A stretch of 30,964 nt of DNA from Psammoneis japonica (lineage: Eukaryota): the NCBI GenBank assembly GCA_008632985.1, contig QPGO01000109.1, forward strand, positions 248,001-278,964, written 5' to 3'. The notes under the pieces are model-generated. The model was not told the origin of the DNA. It did not search any database and worked only from the letters and a program-made list of their open reading frames with translations. Of this stretch, positions 9,431 to 20,726 are shown one piece after another (position 1 is the stretch's first letter; every line of letters begins with the position of its first letter). A program made the position numbers and the translations under genes.

Positions 9431-11122
9431 ATGTCGTCTCCACCTGTTATTCATGGGTGCAAGAGTGATGATGATACACCGCTTGGCCGATTGATTGATA
9501 GATGGGTGGAAGAAAACGAGCCGGAAGAAGCTGCAAGCGACACTTCCGAAGAATATTCTTGTAGCTCTACTGTTACATCGGAGACGGGTGGAGCAGAAGC
9601 GCAGACGGTTCAAATCACGATGAAGTCCTGTGAACACCATGATCACTACGACTTAGGTTGCGGGAATTGTAAGATGGCAAACATTGAGTTTGGTGAGGTT
9701 CACCTAAATGATGGTTTGCAAGAAAAACATCGTGGTGATAAGTTCGCGGCAGTAGGCAAACCGCCCCAAATAGTTACCACCGCTCCATTTGGGACTGGTC
9801 TGAATGAACTGGCGGAGAAACAAAAGGGGTCTCCTGCTTCCTGGATGGGTCTGAAACCCCCGGACACGCAAGACGTCTCAGTCCCGCAACAAGCGCAGGA
9901 GCAGAATGCAGCGTCGCCTAGAGCTTCGGGAATTAATTACAATGCCTACGCTAAGGCTGTAGCTGCTCTAATCAAGGAGCCAGGCAGTTTTTTGGAGACC
10001 GACATTATTTTGGAGTCTCCACTTGTCGATAAACATCTTCCCAAGAACACAGCGACGATCGAGTACGACAAAGTCCGCGATGCTAAGTTCCCCACCAGAA
10101 ATGCTCAAGGTCGACGAAAGCAATTGAAAAAGGAGGAATTCGAGGAAGTTATGAAAGAGGTTGAAAAACGGTTAGGCTTTGGTGGTCTGGGCTTTGTCAA
10201 AGAGTGCAATGAAAAGAGATTTGTGCGTCTCTATCCAGTCAGGGATTGCCATATTACCGTACTTGGATACGGTCGTTATCCTACAACAGCTAATGTGATG
10301 GTGCGTGATTACTTTCGGATGAAGAAGGGAGACGAGATTTGTGAGGACGAGTCGCACTTTTCTATTGGAAAAAAAGATTTGGAAAATTTCTTGACATGGA
10401 TCGATGACCATAAAGAGGATTACGATATTAAGGAGCAAGTTTTCTGCTTAATTAAAGGCCGGACGGACAAATGGTCGGATGAACCTGGGACAGCGGCAAC
10501 GTTTTATTGGGGAGATCCTGAGTACGCCGATTGGGGTGTGGCAACTGACACGACACTGGAGGGGTTTCGCTTCTCTGTTACGAGGGAAGAATCTTCATGC
10601 AAAGTAGCCGGCAAGGAGCACACCGTTCCAGCGGCTAAAGAGAAAAGAAACAGCAAGAAAACGAAGAAGAAGAACAAGCCTGTGAAGACGGAAGAATCTT
10701 CAGGCAAAGTAGCCGGCAAGAAGCACACCGCTCCAGCGGCTGAAGAGAAAAGTAGCAGCAAGAAAACCAAGAAGAAGAAGAATAAGCCTGTGGTAACTTT
10801 CCGACGGAAGACATGTGCATGGAATACATTCTATGAGGCATCCGTCTTGGTAGACACTAAAAAGGTGCCTTTAGATGCGACGATCGAAGATGCAGCTGTT
10901 GTTGCGCGAAAAGTCAACTCAAAGGTTTTTCTTTGTCACCAAGGAACGTCAATTGAATTTATGCTACAGCTGAGTAGCGGGAAGCCCATTTCATTGGCGC
11001 GCGAAACGACACTCAAAGAATTGATTGAACACTTGGCGGCGGAAGAATCGCCGTACGTTTTCGACGTTGTCGAACTACCCAATGAGACGGAGGAGCTCGT
11101 TGACATTGTTTTGGGCGGATAG
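9431..11122 (+). CDS. Hypothetical protein, ~563 aa, with duplicated Lys-rich segment
   Basis: Long uninterrupted ORF with ATG at 9431 and normal amino-acid usage. No family recognised. Confidence 0.8.
   Translation: MSSPPVIHGCKSDDDTPLGRLIDRWVEENEPEEAASDTSEEYSCSSTVTSETGGAEAQTVQITMKSCEHHDHYDLGCGNCKMANIEFGEVHLNDGLQEKHRGDKFAAVGKPPQIVTTAPFGTGLNELAEKQKGSPASWMGLKPPDTQDVSVPQQAQEQNAASPRASGINYNAYAKAVAALIKEPGSFLETDIILESPLVDKHLPKNTATIEYDKVRDAKFPTRNAQGRRKQLKKEEFEEVMKEVEKRLGFGGLGFVKECNEKRFVRLYPVRDCHITVLGYGRYPTTANVMVRDYFRMKKGDEICEDESHFSIGKKDLENFLTWIDDHKEDYDIKEQVFCLIKGRTDKWSDEPGTAATFYWGDPEYADWGVATDTTLEGFRFSVTREESSCKVAGKEHTVPAAKEKRNSKKTKKKNKPVKTEESSGKVAGKKHTAPAAEEKSSSKKTKKKKNKPVVTFRRKTCAWNTFYEASVLVDTKKVPLDATIEDAAVVARKVNSKVFLCHQGTSIEFMLQLSSGKPISLARETTLKELIEHLAAEESPYVFDVVELPNETEELVDIVLGG
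10586..10792 (+). repeat. Coding tandem duplication, 105-bp period (35 aa)
   Basis: EESSCKVAGKEHTVPAAKEKRNSKKTKKKNKPV versus EESSGKVAGKKHTAPAAEEKSSSKKTKKKKNKPV. Confidence 0.95.
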
Positions 11123-11458
11123 GTTGACGTAGGGCCCTATACATACCTACATGTTTTAGATTTGCACACTCTAGTAGTAGTCTTGTTTTGATTTTTTTTT
11201 TGAACCATACATTTTGGGTTCACTCTCGGGCTTTATTTAGCGTAGCAGGGAGTTAATGCACGCGTCAAAGAATCATGCAAATAGATCCACGTTATGTGAA
11301 AGTGTCCTGCGTTCATTGCGTCATGTTTTCGACTTACTAAAGGGCTACTTACTCTTACGCTAATGTAAGCATCATGATGATTCCAAACGTTATATCCTAG
11401 AAGCTAGAGCGACGTAGCATCGGCATGAACACCTTAACCCGAAATCATCAAACAACCA

Positions 11459-12352
11459 TTAGATGGCTTTAATATTCAGTAGCTTGCGCATGTAGTTGTT
11501 GACAAGCCTTTGTCCCGGATCATAATAATGACGAACTTCTTCGAATGCTTTCAACGTTTCGTCCCAAAATGCTGTGACAACTTGGTCACGAGGAATATAA
11601 GGAGACTGATTAAACATGGGGCGGCCGTTTCGCTTAATGGCGAATCCATTGTATTCTTCCAATTACTTTTGCCAACTATTGCTGTCACCATAATCCCCCG
11701 AGGACACCGGATCAATAGTAATCACGTCCTCTCTACCAGAGCTGTAGGAGAAGTGTGCCTTGTCGTCGCCTAACCATTGAATGTACGAAATAGAGGGCAC
11801 ACTGATACGATACCCCGTTCGTTTGTAGTGCTCTACATTGAATTGCATTTACTCGTACATGATCTCACCCGCCTTTTCCAATGGAAACGCCCAGAATGTA
11901 AAGAGAAAGCGCTGAACACCGGGATTTTCGATAGCGGATGCTTTGGTCAGTGGGGTTGAAAGTGTCCGAACTCAATATCTTCAAGGAAGCCTGCAAACGA
12001 TGCAAATATTTATCCACCATCCAGTACTTGACCCTGTCGGAGAGCGAAGGAGTATTCATAGTTTTGCTGCCGTACGATGATGATGCTGTTTTGAAGCCGA
12101 AATTGCGGTAAATTCACAAACCTCGCCTTTGATCTCATTTTCATTATAAGAGAGTGAATCAACGGTGATGGTCCCCAACATTGGAAAGACGTACATGAAG
12201 ATCCCCCGTTTCGATCTAGGATGTTGTCCGCGTTGGCTCGAAACTCTTCCATGACTCTTCGACCGTGTACTCTGCGGGTTCCACGGCCAGAGCCTTTTTC
12301 GGCTTGATTTTCATTGTAACTTCCGTGACAGAACCTAAGAGTCCAACTCTAG
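11459..12352 (-). pseudogene. Pseudogene: C-terminal two-thirds of an FAD-linked oxidoreductase (ALO/gulonolactone-oxidase-like)
   Basis: GLLGSVTEVTMKIKP...PTDQSIRY...FTFWAFP...GYR...FSYS...ITIDPVS...GRPMFNQ...DPGQRLVNNY. Two in-frame TAA stops (~11850, ~11664) and frameshifts. N-terminal FAD-binding part not found. Confidence 0.75.
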
Positions 12353-12804
12353 GTATCCTGTCCGTCTACGATGGACTTCACCGTTTCGTCCGTTCCCTGC
12401 CTCCCTCGAGATTTCATTCTCTAGACTCCTGTTAAATGGGCGCTGGGTTTCTTGTTTCATTTTGGCACTCGCTCTGTGTTAGACTATCAACGTGTCTGTA
12501 TCCGCTTGAGGCGGTCATCGAGGTGATTGACACTTTCCAATCTTTGCACAAATGCCGGCGAGAATGTTCCGCTCGCGATAGTTATTGTCTCACAATAATG
12601 TGGGGATGACCTCAGCCTCAGCATCGTTTCTTGTATCCCTCATCCACTGGCTTTTCTTTGTCACTTTGTGTCAGAGCCTGTTTGTCTTTTGATTTCATTT
12701 TTGATACAGAGCAGCTGATGAGATATGAATGCCGTGCACATTTACACTCAAACAGAAATACCGAAAATCCTTCTCGAGTCTTTGCATTCAAAAACTTCGA
12801 TAGC

Positions 12805-14580
12805 CTACTCAATCCGCCAGACAGTTGTCAGCCCAGAATGCGTTCCGCCTGCGTTGCTGTATTGTGCACCAGCTACAGCTGTTGATGCATCGCCAGAGAT
12901 GGCAACGTCCCAGCCCAACTGCGCATGTGCCTCATCCCCAGTAGCGCTATCGAGAAGCTTCCAATCCTCACCAAGGTATGAAAACAGGTATACACGACCA
13001 GAGTCAGGCCCGTTCGGACCTACGGCCCTCGGGGCACCAACGAGCAAGGTATTTCCGTCGTGTGAAATCGAAACGCCACGCCCAAACTCATCGCCAAATT
13101 CTTCCCCTTCAAGTGGGCTTCCAACACGGACATAGTCCTCACCGACCCGGTCGAAAACAAGAACGCTACCTTTGTAATCGTTGTCCGTTTCGAGTCCTAA
13201 GGCTACTCTGGAACCATTAGCTGACATTGTTACCCTCACGGCGGCTCCTGCAGGGATGCCTGGGAGGCTTCCCACTTGCTCCCAGGCAACTTTCACGTTG
13301 CTGTACTCGTAAACCTTGGCAATCCCAACGCCCCCTACGATCATCATGTTTCCGTCAGTACTCATGTCAACCGAAAGGCCAAAGTACTGTCCAGCTTCCG
13401 TACCATTGATAGACAGCTGCCCTTTTACAGCAACTCCAGCAGATTTCTTTTCTCGAACAGAAATAAACCCCCTATTGTTATTTGCATACGGGGCTCCCAT
13501 GGCAAAGGTGCGGCCACTGGTGGAAACTGCAAGTGCAGCTCCAAGACCTTTGGAGTCTACACCACCGGTTATTTTCCATTCTTGATAAAATTTCTCACCA
13601 TTGGAGTTGTGCAAATACACTTCACCATTTCTTTCCTCAACATCACTGGCGATCAAGTAGGTACCCATTCCATTTAGGGCCACACTTGACCCAAACCTAT
13701 GATTTCTCCCAGTCCTGTTATCGTCCAAACTCTGCAGAATCTTCCATGCTCCATTGATTAAACGGATCACAACAACTGCTGAATAGTATCTTTCACTGTA
13801 ACCGGGACAGCCAAACGAGACTGTGCTTCCATCTGTTGCCACTGCGACGCTATAGCCACATAGAAATTCACCTTGTTCTGCCTGAGCAGAGGTTGCAATC
13901 TTCATCCGTTTTCCAGAACTCGAAGGCTGAGGGGTGCCACCGACGGGTGGGAGAGGAGGTTCCACTCTTGTCGGCACGCGGGTAGGACTTGGGGGCGCCC
14001 TCGTCGGAGCACCATTTGGGGGGTCTCCGTGCGGGTTTCCAATCAATGAAGGACTAGGCGTCGGAGAGTCGTTGTCGTCAAAAACTCCCATGAGGCTGAG
14101 CACAAGACTAACAGCCGCTCCACACATCATCGCAACACCAAACAGAGTCAACAGAAGCTTCCAGCGAGGGCAATTTCTCCTGTTGTCCTCTTGTTGCTCT
14201 TGCGCCAAAGTGCCTGTCCCGATAGTAGGATTGCTCTGCAGTACTTCGTTGAATCGTGCTTCGAGTCTCGCAAAATCTTCCGCCGTTGCTCCGTCGGGAT
14301 GCTGCTCGCTCATCATGCCCACCGATGAGGACTGCTCATGGCTTTCATCATCAACAACAACAATGTTCGAAAGGGATGGCGGAGCAAGCCGAGATAATGC
14401 CGCTTGTGTTTCCTCCTTGATTTGTTCGAGTTCAGATATGCGTTCTTGTTTCGCTGCAATTTCGGTATCCGTAGCATTTGAATTTTGTGCTTGCAGCTCG
14501 CGCAGCTCTCGCCTTTCACGACGAAGCTCCCGGTCGATGCTATGATCTAGAGCAAGCCCCGAACCTTCAATGGTGCTCAT
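12805..14580 (-). CDS. Type II membrane protein, 591 aa: coiled coil, one TM helix, Pro-rich stalk, FG-GAP-like beta-propeller repeats
   Basis: TM LLLTLFGVAMMCGAAVSLVLSLMGVF and PSPS/PTRAPPSPTR stalk. Repeats such as FGSSVAL, FGLSVDMSTDG, FGRGVSISHDGNTLLVGAP...GRVYLF and LGWDVAISGD...AGA. Confidence 0.9.
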   Translation of the reverse strand: MSTIEGSGLALDHSIDRELRRERRELRELQAQNSNATDTEIAAKQERISELEQIKEETQAALSRLAPPSLSNIVVVDDESHEQSSSVGMMSEQHPDGATAEDFARLEARFNEVLQSNPTIGTGTLAQEQQEDNRRNCPRWKLLLTLFGVAMMCGAAVSLVLSLMGVFDDNDSPTPSPSLIGNPHGDPPNGAPTRAPPSPTRVPTRVEPPLPPVGGTPQPSSSGKRMKIATSAQAEQGEFLCGYSVAVATDGSTVSFGCPGYSERYYSAVVVIRLINGAWKILQSLDDNRTGRNHRFGSSVALNGMGTYLIASDVEERNGEVYLHNSNGEKFYQEWKITGGVDSKGLGAALAVSTSGRTFAMGAPYANNNRGFISVREKKSAGVAVKGQLSINGTEAGQYFGLSVDMSTDGNMMIVGGVGIAKVYEYSNVKVAWEQVGSLPGIPAGAAVRVTMSANGSRVALGLETDNDYKGSVLVFDRVGEDYVRVGSPLEGEEFGDEFGRGVSISHDGNTLLVGAPRAVGPNGPDSGRVYLFSYLGEDWKLLDSATGDEAHAQLGWDVAISGDASTAVAGAQYSNAGGTHSGLTTVWRIE

Positions 14581-15018
14581 TTTGGCGTATATTATGTGAA
14601 TGTGTTCGAAGTGGGTGCTGGTGGGGTTGTTTCACCGTTGTGGCAAAGTATGGCGAGTTTGATAGCACTCTCGGTTTCAAGTTGCAGGTGGCGGTGCGCG
14701 GTGGATGCAAAAATCTTCTCAGACTGACACCCGCTGTAGAACTGTACCGGGGTTTACGTAATCGAATCATGCTTCCGCGTTCAGTTCGGCAGTTGTGTGG
14801 TACCGCTCACAAGAAATTTTGTATGTGCTAACGAAGCTATGTAGGATCCTACATACTGAGAACTATTCCTCGTGCACATTATATGATCTCATTCGTGTTT
14901 CTCACACGGGATAAGGTAATAAAATAAGGTAGGTTTCTACATACACAGCACAATACGATTAGGGCCCTACCGGTACATACTTCTGGACACTTCAAACCGC
15001 TCGCACCTCGCACAGGTG

Positions 15019-16556
15019 ATGAGTGATGACACGTGACTTACTTTTTGGCGGCGAAGAACGCGTCTCTCGTTCATTTATCGCCGGATTTCAGTAAGCAAAC
15101 GACTATTGTCGAGGCCGAAAGCAATGAATATAGCGTACAAGAGAAACGACTCGGAATCGTGGAGAAAGCTGTTCTCAAAGGCATTTGCCAAGAGTGCCAC
15201 AGCCATCTCGAGAGGAGCAAGCCAACGACGCTGAAGGCATCGCTGCTTCGTCTCTTGAATGGTCCAAAGTTCATAGAATGTAAGAGCAAATCATGCTTGA
15301 AAAAGAAAGCTGAATTAATTTCCTTGCTGGAGGTGCAATGCGCCGAGAAAAAAAAGGTGGTTAAGGCTGAGAGCGAAGTCGTGCAAGCGGCTGCCCAAGC
15401 CAAAGTAACGCAAAGCGAAGCTTTGAAAGCGGAGGCACAAGCCAAAATCGACATCTATAATGCGTTCTCCCAGTTGACTAAACGGGTACTACAGGGAGCA
15501 GTAGTGAAGGAAAGCAAGTTGGTTCGTCAGACTCAAGCAGCCATTGATGCAGCTATGCTCGGAATGGGAATGATGAGTGGCTTGAGGCAAGAAGTCACAG
15601 AGTTGCTAAGTCGGGTTATCAATGCCGATCTCGAAGCGTTGTACGTCGATGGAAAAGATGACAGATCGGTGGCGTCCATGTCTGACTTCAGCGCCCTCTC
15701 ACAGGATCACATGGTTGAAACTATCGCAGGCCTCATGGATTTAATCCAGCTTGAAAAGAAATTTGAAAGTTGGAAAAAGAACAAGAGAGGCGGCACGAAG
15801 TCAGAAGATGGCCTAGTCAAGCAACGGAAGAGGAGCAAAAAGAAGCAAAACCATGGTCAAGTCCATGTTGATGAGCTCAAACAGAAAAACGATATAAGCC
15901 GGAAAGAAAAGCAGCATCAAGCCGAGTTAGAAAAACTCATGGCTGAAAAAGACGCGCTCTTGAAAGACAAGCACCAGCTTCAAACCGACTTTATGAAACT
16001 TAACCACGAGAAAGAAGTTCTTGCAAAAGAAAAGCAACAACTTGAAGTCGAGTTTGAAAAACTCAAGGATAAGAACGAAGTAATCTCCAAAGAGAAAGGC
16101 AAGCTTGAAGACGACCTTGTGAAACTCGAGGGTGAGAAAATAGGTCTCGCGAAAGAAAAGCACCTACTTCAAGCCGAGTTTCAAAAAGTCACAGATAAGA
16201 ATGAAGTGATCTCAAAAGAAAAGCACCAGCGTCAAGCTGGGTTGGAGAAGCTCGAAGATGAGAACGAAGTTCTGAAGAAGGAAAATGCCAAACTCTCCTA
16301 TCGAATGGATATATTCAAGAGAAAGGAAGAACGTCTTCAAGCCGAAATTGGTGAACTACAACATCAAGCCAAAGGGCTTTTTGTGAAGGACAGATTCCGC
16401 CTTCGAGAAGAGCGGAGTCGCAAACAAAACAGCGAGCCTGGCGCCTTTTACTGCCGTTTGATATTCTTCGCTCTTGCTGTTGTTCTTATGATTATGATGA
16501 ATGCATGGAATCACACCAGCCCCGGTTCTTCAATTGCCATCAGGGAGGAGAACTAA
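15019..16556 (+). CDS. Coiled-coil protein with ~21-aa repeats and C-terminal TM helix (tail-anchored-like); start probably ATG 15019 with a 59-nt intron (15033-15091)
   Basis: 507-codon open frame lacking an early in-frame ATG. Removing GTGACT...TTCAG gives MSDDT-KQTTIV in frame (inferred). Repeats of EKHQLQAEFEKLKDKNEVISK type at ~15900-16270. TM LIFFALAVVLMIMM. Confidence 0.75.
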
Positions 16557-16949
16557 CTTTTTCACAGGTGATTCTTTGACAAGAGAATGAAATATGGATG
16601 GTTTGCGACGCCATCCAAAAAAATAATATTGCATACTTTTACGTACAAAATAATTTCTGTGTAGTCGAGAACTATGCTGCCGCAGCCTATCGTAACACTA
16701 TTAATTGCTCCGTATGGTAACAAACGAGAGTCTAACGTGTCAGGTGTTTCAAGACTCCGTTGCGGTCCCTCAGGCCTGCGATAACTGCTGTGCAGGCTCC
16801 CCAACAAATATTTCTACGCGGTGAACAGGTTATCGATTCATCCATTCCTGACAATGTGTGTGATCTCAAAGAAGCGGTCAAGGAACGGGCATCAACAAGT
16901 CCTCGCAAGAGTCGACGCGGCCCAGCTTGACGTGTGTGTCCACCTGGAA

Positions 16950-19900
16950 CTCCTGTAATGCCGAATCTTCAGGATGTGGACAACACAAGTGTGCACCTTG
17001 AACCTGTGTGGACATGGTGCGGCTTCTCTCAGGTGTGCACACATGTGATGTCATTTGCATTTTGCATGATGTGGGTGCCCTTTTTGGACTGGCACACTTC
17101 ATTCATGTTCTCTGGCTGCGTGTGGTGTCAGGCTGTCATGCATGGCAAAATGAGCCGATGCTTCAAAGACTGCCATTGCACCCACAGCCACATCATTCTT
17201 GAGCTCAAATCCATTCTTGAGGCAGCAGCACTCTTCTTTCACTGTCAGTGGGCCTGCAACAAAACTCTGTCAAGTTGCGCAACAATGTTGATGGGCAGAT
17301 TTTTTCATGCTGAGTGCAAGTGCAATTGTTGAGGATCATTTTCCCTGCTGTGGGTTGGCAATGAAGGGAGAGAGACCAAGTGTTGTGGTGCAAATTGGGC
17401 ATTGAACAGACAGCAGACCTCCCAACTGCACTGGTGTGAGATCATGTCAGGATTCAAAAGAGCTTCACAACTCACTGGTTCCAGTTGCTCCTGCTGTTTT
17501 TTTCAAGTGAGTGTGAGCTTGAGTCACATGCATTGCTGCCAGCAGCTTTCCAGCCAGCTGCCAAATTGCTTGGGCAACCTGCTTTCTCATGGCTTCTTGC
17601 ACTCCACTTGCTTTCTGGGGGCTGTGCTCACTCTTGTGCTCTGAAGGGATCTCTGCACTCGGGAGAGCAGCAGCACACAGCAGCTTGGATCTGTTGAGCC
17701 AGATGTGCAAACCACTCATTCATGTGTGCCTGACTTGTCAACACTGTGTCATGTTCACATGCCATGCCCACATGTCAATGTGGCCTGTCAATCTCAGGGT
17801 CCAGCATGTGAGACATTTTTGGGTGATCCCACCCCTTCATCTTGCGTTTCTTTTGTGTGTGTCATCTGACTGACTTCTTGATTCACAGGTGCTGTGCATT
17901 GACTTCACCATGCTCACTCAATGAAGCACTTGGCATCACTTTTGCTCTCTCCTTGATGCCTTTTGGTGTCTTTCCCCTTGAGTGCATGCTTCAGTGCATT
18001 CATTGGATCCTTTTCTGCTCTTCCTCATTGTTGTCTTCTTCTTCTTTGTGAGCTTGAGTGCGGCAGCAGTTGTGGCCACATTGTGGCAATTCTCGCGCAT
18101 CACCCTGGCAAAAGCTTCTGTGCCAGCTGTTGGCCAACTGCTCCAACATCTCTGTGTCACTGCTGTTTTGGATTGTTTGCTTCCAGCTGCCACAGAGCAG
18201 ATGTTGTCTGAAGAGCTTGAAGTGTGTGTCTGGCTGGCAACTCTCAACCTTTCACAAGCAATGCTGTCAAGTGCCACCAGGCTTTTGTCTCTGGCCAACG
18301 CTGCTGCAGAGCCAGCAACAAGCAGCAAAACATTTGGGCAACACTTCCCAGCTTGTGCTTGCCAATCATTTTCTTGATGCATTCTGGCCCCAGGTGGGGC
18401 TGTGTGTGACACTGAACATCTGAGCAGGCAACAGAGTTGGTGGTGTGACCACAGCTCTTGATGGCCTGTTCCAGGAGCCCCAAATGATCTGCAATCCTCC
18501 ATCATGTGAGAGGCAAATTTTCTGTGCAGCTTGGCACATTGAGCTCCTTCAAACTTGATCATTTCAAAAATTGAAAGATGACTGCACACAAAGAAAAAAG
18601 TTTTGCATGCACTCTCCCTTCAATTCAGGGAGGAAATCAATTTTGAAGGACGAGTTCATTGTGCCAAATGCAAAAATGGGCCAGTGATGGGTTGCACACA
18701 CTGTGCAGGACACCTGGAGCTGGAACAGGTCTGATGCTTTTGAAGTTCTTGAAAATCCACCTGCCCCACACAACTCTTGAGATGTTCAAGAATGGTGCTG
18801 CACAAAAAAACATCAAAGGCAGACAATTGACAATGCTGGCAGGTGTTGCAAGGCTGATCTCAGGTTTTTTTGCAACACAGCGGGGAAGAGAGCCCATGCA
18901 TCAGGCACCAAATCATGGAGCAAACAGATCTGTGTTTTTTGTGAATTTGGCACCCTGCTTTCATTTTGGTCTGTTTTTTTGCTTTCCAAGGGCCACTCAC
19001 CGCACTCTTGCACTCTGTTTGAACATCTTGAGGTGCTCTCTAAAAAAAACAGGGCACTGTGTGGCACAACTTAGATCTGCCCCAGATCTCAAGCTTGCAC
19101 AACTCATCTTAAAGTGTGGGAACTCTTTCTCATGGATTCCAGGCAACAAAATGGGTGATGGGCAGACAAATGTGGTGTGACACTGTTCATTGATTTCCAT
19201 GTGACAAAATGTGCCAGATGTGTCGAGCTGCAATCGACAAGATGTGCACCTGTTTGGGTCATTGTTGTCAAGACACCAGTGAACAAAACATTGCATCAGC
19301 CAAACTTGTCATGCTCACATTGTTGCTGCTGCATGCCTGAAATTAGCACAGATGCTGTTTTCATCCCTGCATGGTTGTCATTGTCACTTCTCATGTTGTG
19401 TCACATTTTTGTGCATTTCTGTCACATTTTGAAAAATTGACAAACTTCTGGCAGCAAAAATTTTGATCTGCCACCTGTTCAATTGGGGTGGTGCAAACAT
19501 TCATGTGTGGTGTTTTCAACTGTTTGTTGCCAAATTGCATTTTCAGTGTTCTGATTGACCACAAAGTCTCGCATCTGTTGGGCTGTCTCTCTCATGACCA
19601 AAGACTGCACCCACCTCCTGCTCTCATGCGGGCATCTGTCTTGCCTGCTGGCAAACTCATTGCATTCTCCCCAAAGTGCTTTTGCCAACTGCCCCCTGAG
19701 GACACACCAGATGAATGGAAATTGTGCCCTTTCAAAGCTGAAGGAGCAACAGAAGTGTGTGCATTCTTGTCACTGGCTCACCCCGCTGAATGCACAAAGA
19801 GGCTGTGTGAGCCTTGCACATGATGTTGGCATTGAGCAGCTGCCAAAAAGAGGTTGACATGCTCCAGCTTCAGGCAGGACTGGCTGTGTGTGATGTTGCA

Positions 19901-20320
19901 CCCACACCAGAATTCTGCTTGCAAGCTCTGCACTGAAAACATCAGGCTGTGAATGAATCAGCAAGATTGCCTCTGCTTGCAGGGCCTTGTTTGAGAAAAC
20001 AATGGCACAACATGGCATCAGCACCATCAAGCGCTGCTTCTGCAGGCTGTTGTGATCCCATGAGAACAAACCAGATCAATTGAAACTGTGCTCTCTCAAA
20101 GCTGAGGGAGCAAGGGAAGTGTGTCTTCTCTTGCCATTGGCTCCAGCCACTGGCTGGGTGTGCACATCAAGAAGAGGTGGTTTTGCCTTGCACGCGCCAG
20201 CATTGAGCAGTGGCAAATGGGTTGGCATGCCCCAGCTCCAGGCAGAACTCTCTGTGACATCTGGGACACCAATGATCCAGGTGTTGCACTGGCTGTCAAG
20301 ATTTCTTTAAACAAAACCCA
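16950..20320 (-). pseudogene. Decayed long cargo gene(s), divergent from the transposase; product unknown (possible 2OG-Fe(II) oxygenase-like C-terminus)
   Basis: Chain of protein-like minus-strand ORF pieces (e.g. 17936-18589, 18637-18897, 18997-19296) and an internally duplicated segment encoding VLP(E/G)AGACQP twice. Confidence 0.4.
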
Positions 20321-20726
20321 ACATTCTCTCCCTTCAATCCAAGATCGTGCTGATTTGTCAAGTCAGCATTTGTGAAATGTTCAACAACAAACATCTGTGT
20401 TCCTCAATTCAACTGTTCACCCCCCCATCTGACAAGCCTTGTGTGTTCATTCAATTCTGTGTTAATTTCTGGATTGTGTGTCAATCAACTTTCTGGATCA
20501 AAATCGCCGCATGTGTTCGCAAAGGTGGGTTCTGCTTGTCTTCTAAATTTTCTCTCCCTGCCCCTTCCATCCTTCCATCCCGTCTGTCCACAACGCCTTC
20601 CCCCCTTGATTGCACATTGTTTCTCTTTGCATGTTTCTGCCCTCACCAAATCCCCAAGTGATTGTTGCTGCACATGCTGTTTCCTTTCGACTCTCTTCTC
20701 AACTCCTTTTTCTCTGCACATCGACC

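Noticed and set aside
12360..12800. Short minus-strand ORF MKSKDKQALTQ...
   Set aside because: Possibly a gene relic, but broken and unidentifiable.
13934..14545. 203-aa plus-strand ORF
   Set aside because: Antisense shadow of the FG-GAP-like membrane protein.
16860..17030. Terminal inverted repeat or CACTA end of the large element
   Set aside because: No convincing TIR or target-site duplication is visible, and the other end may lie outside the window.
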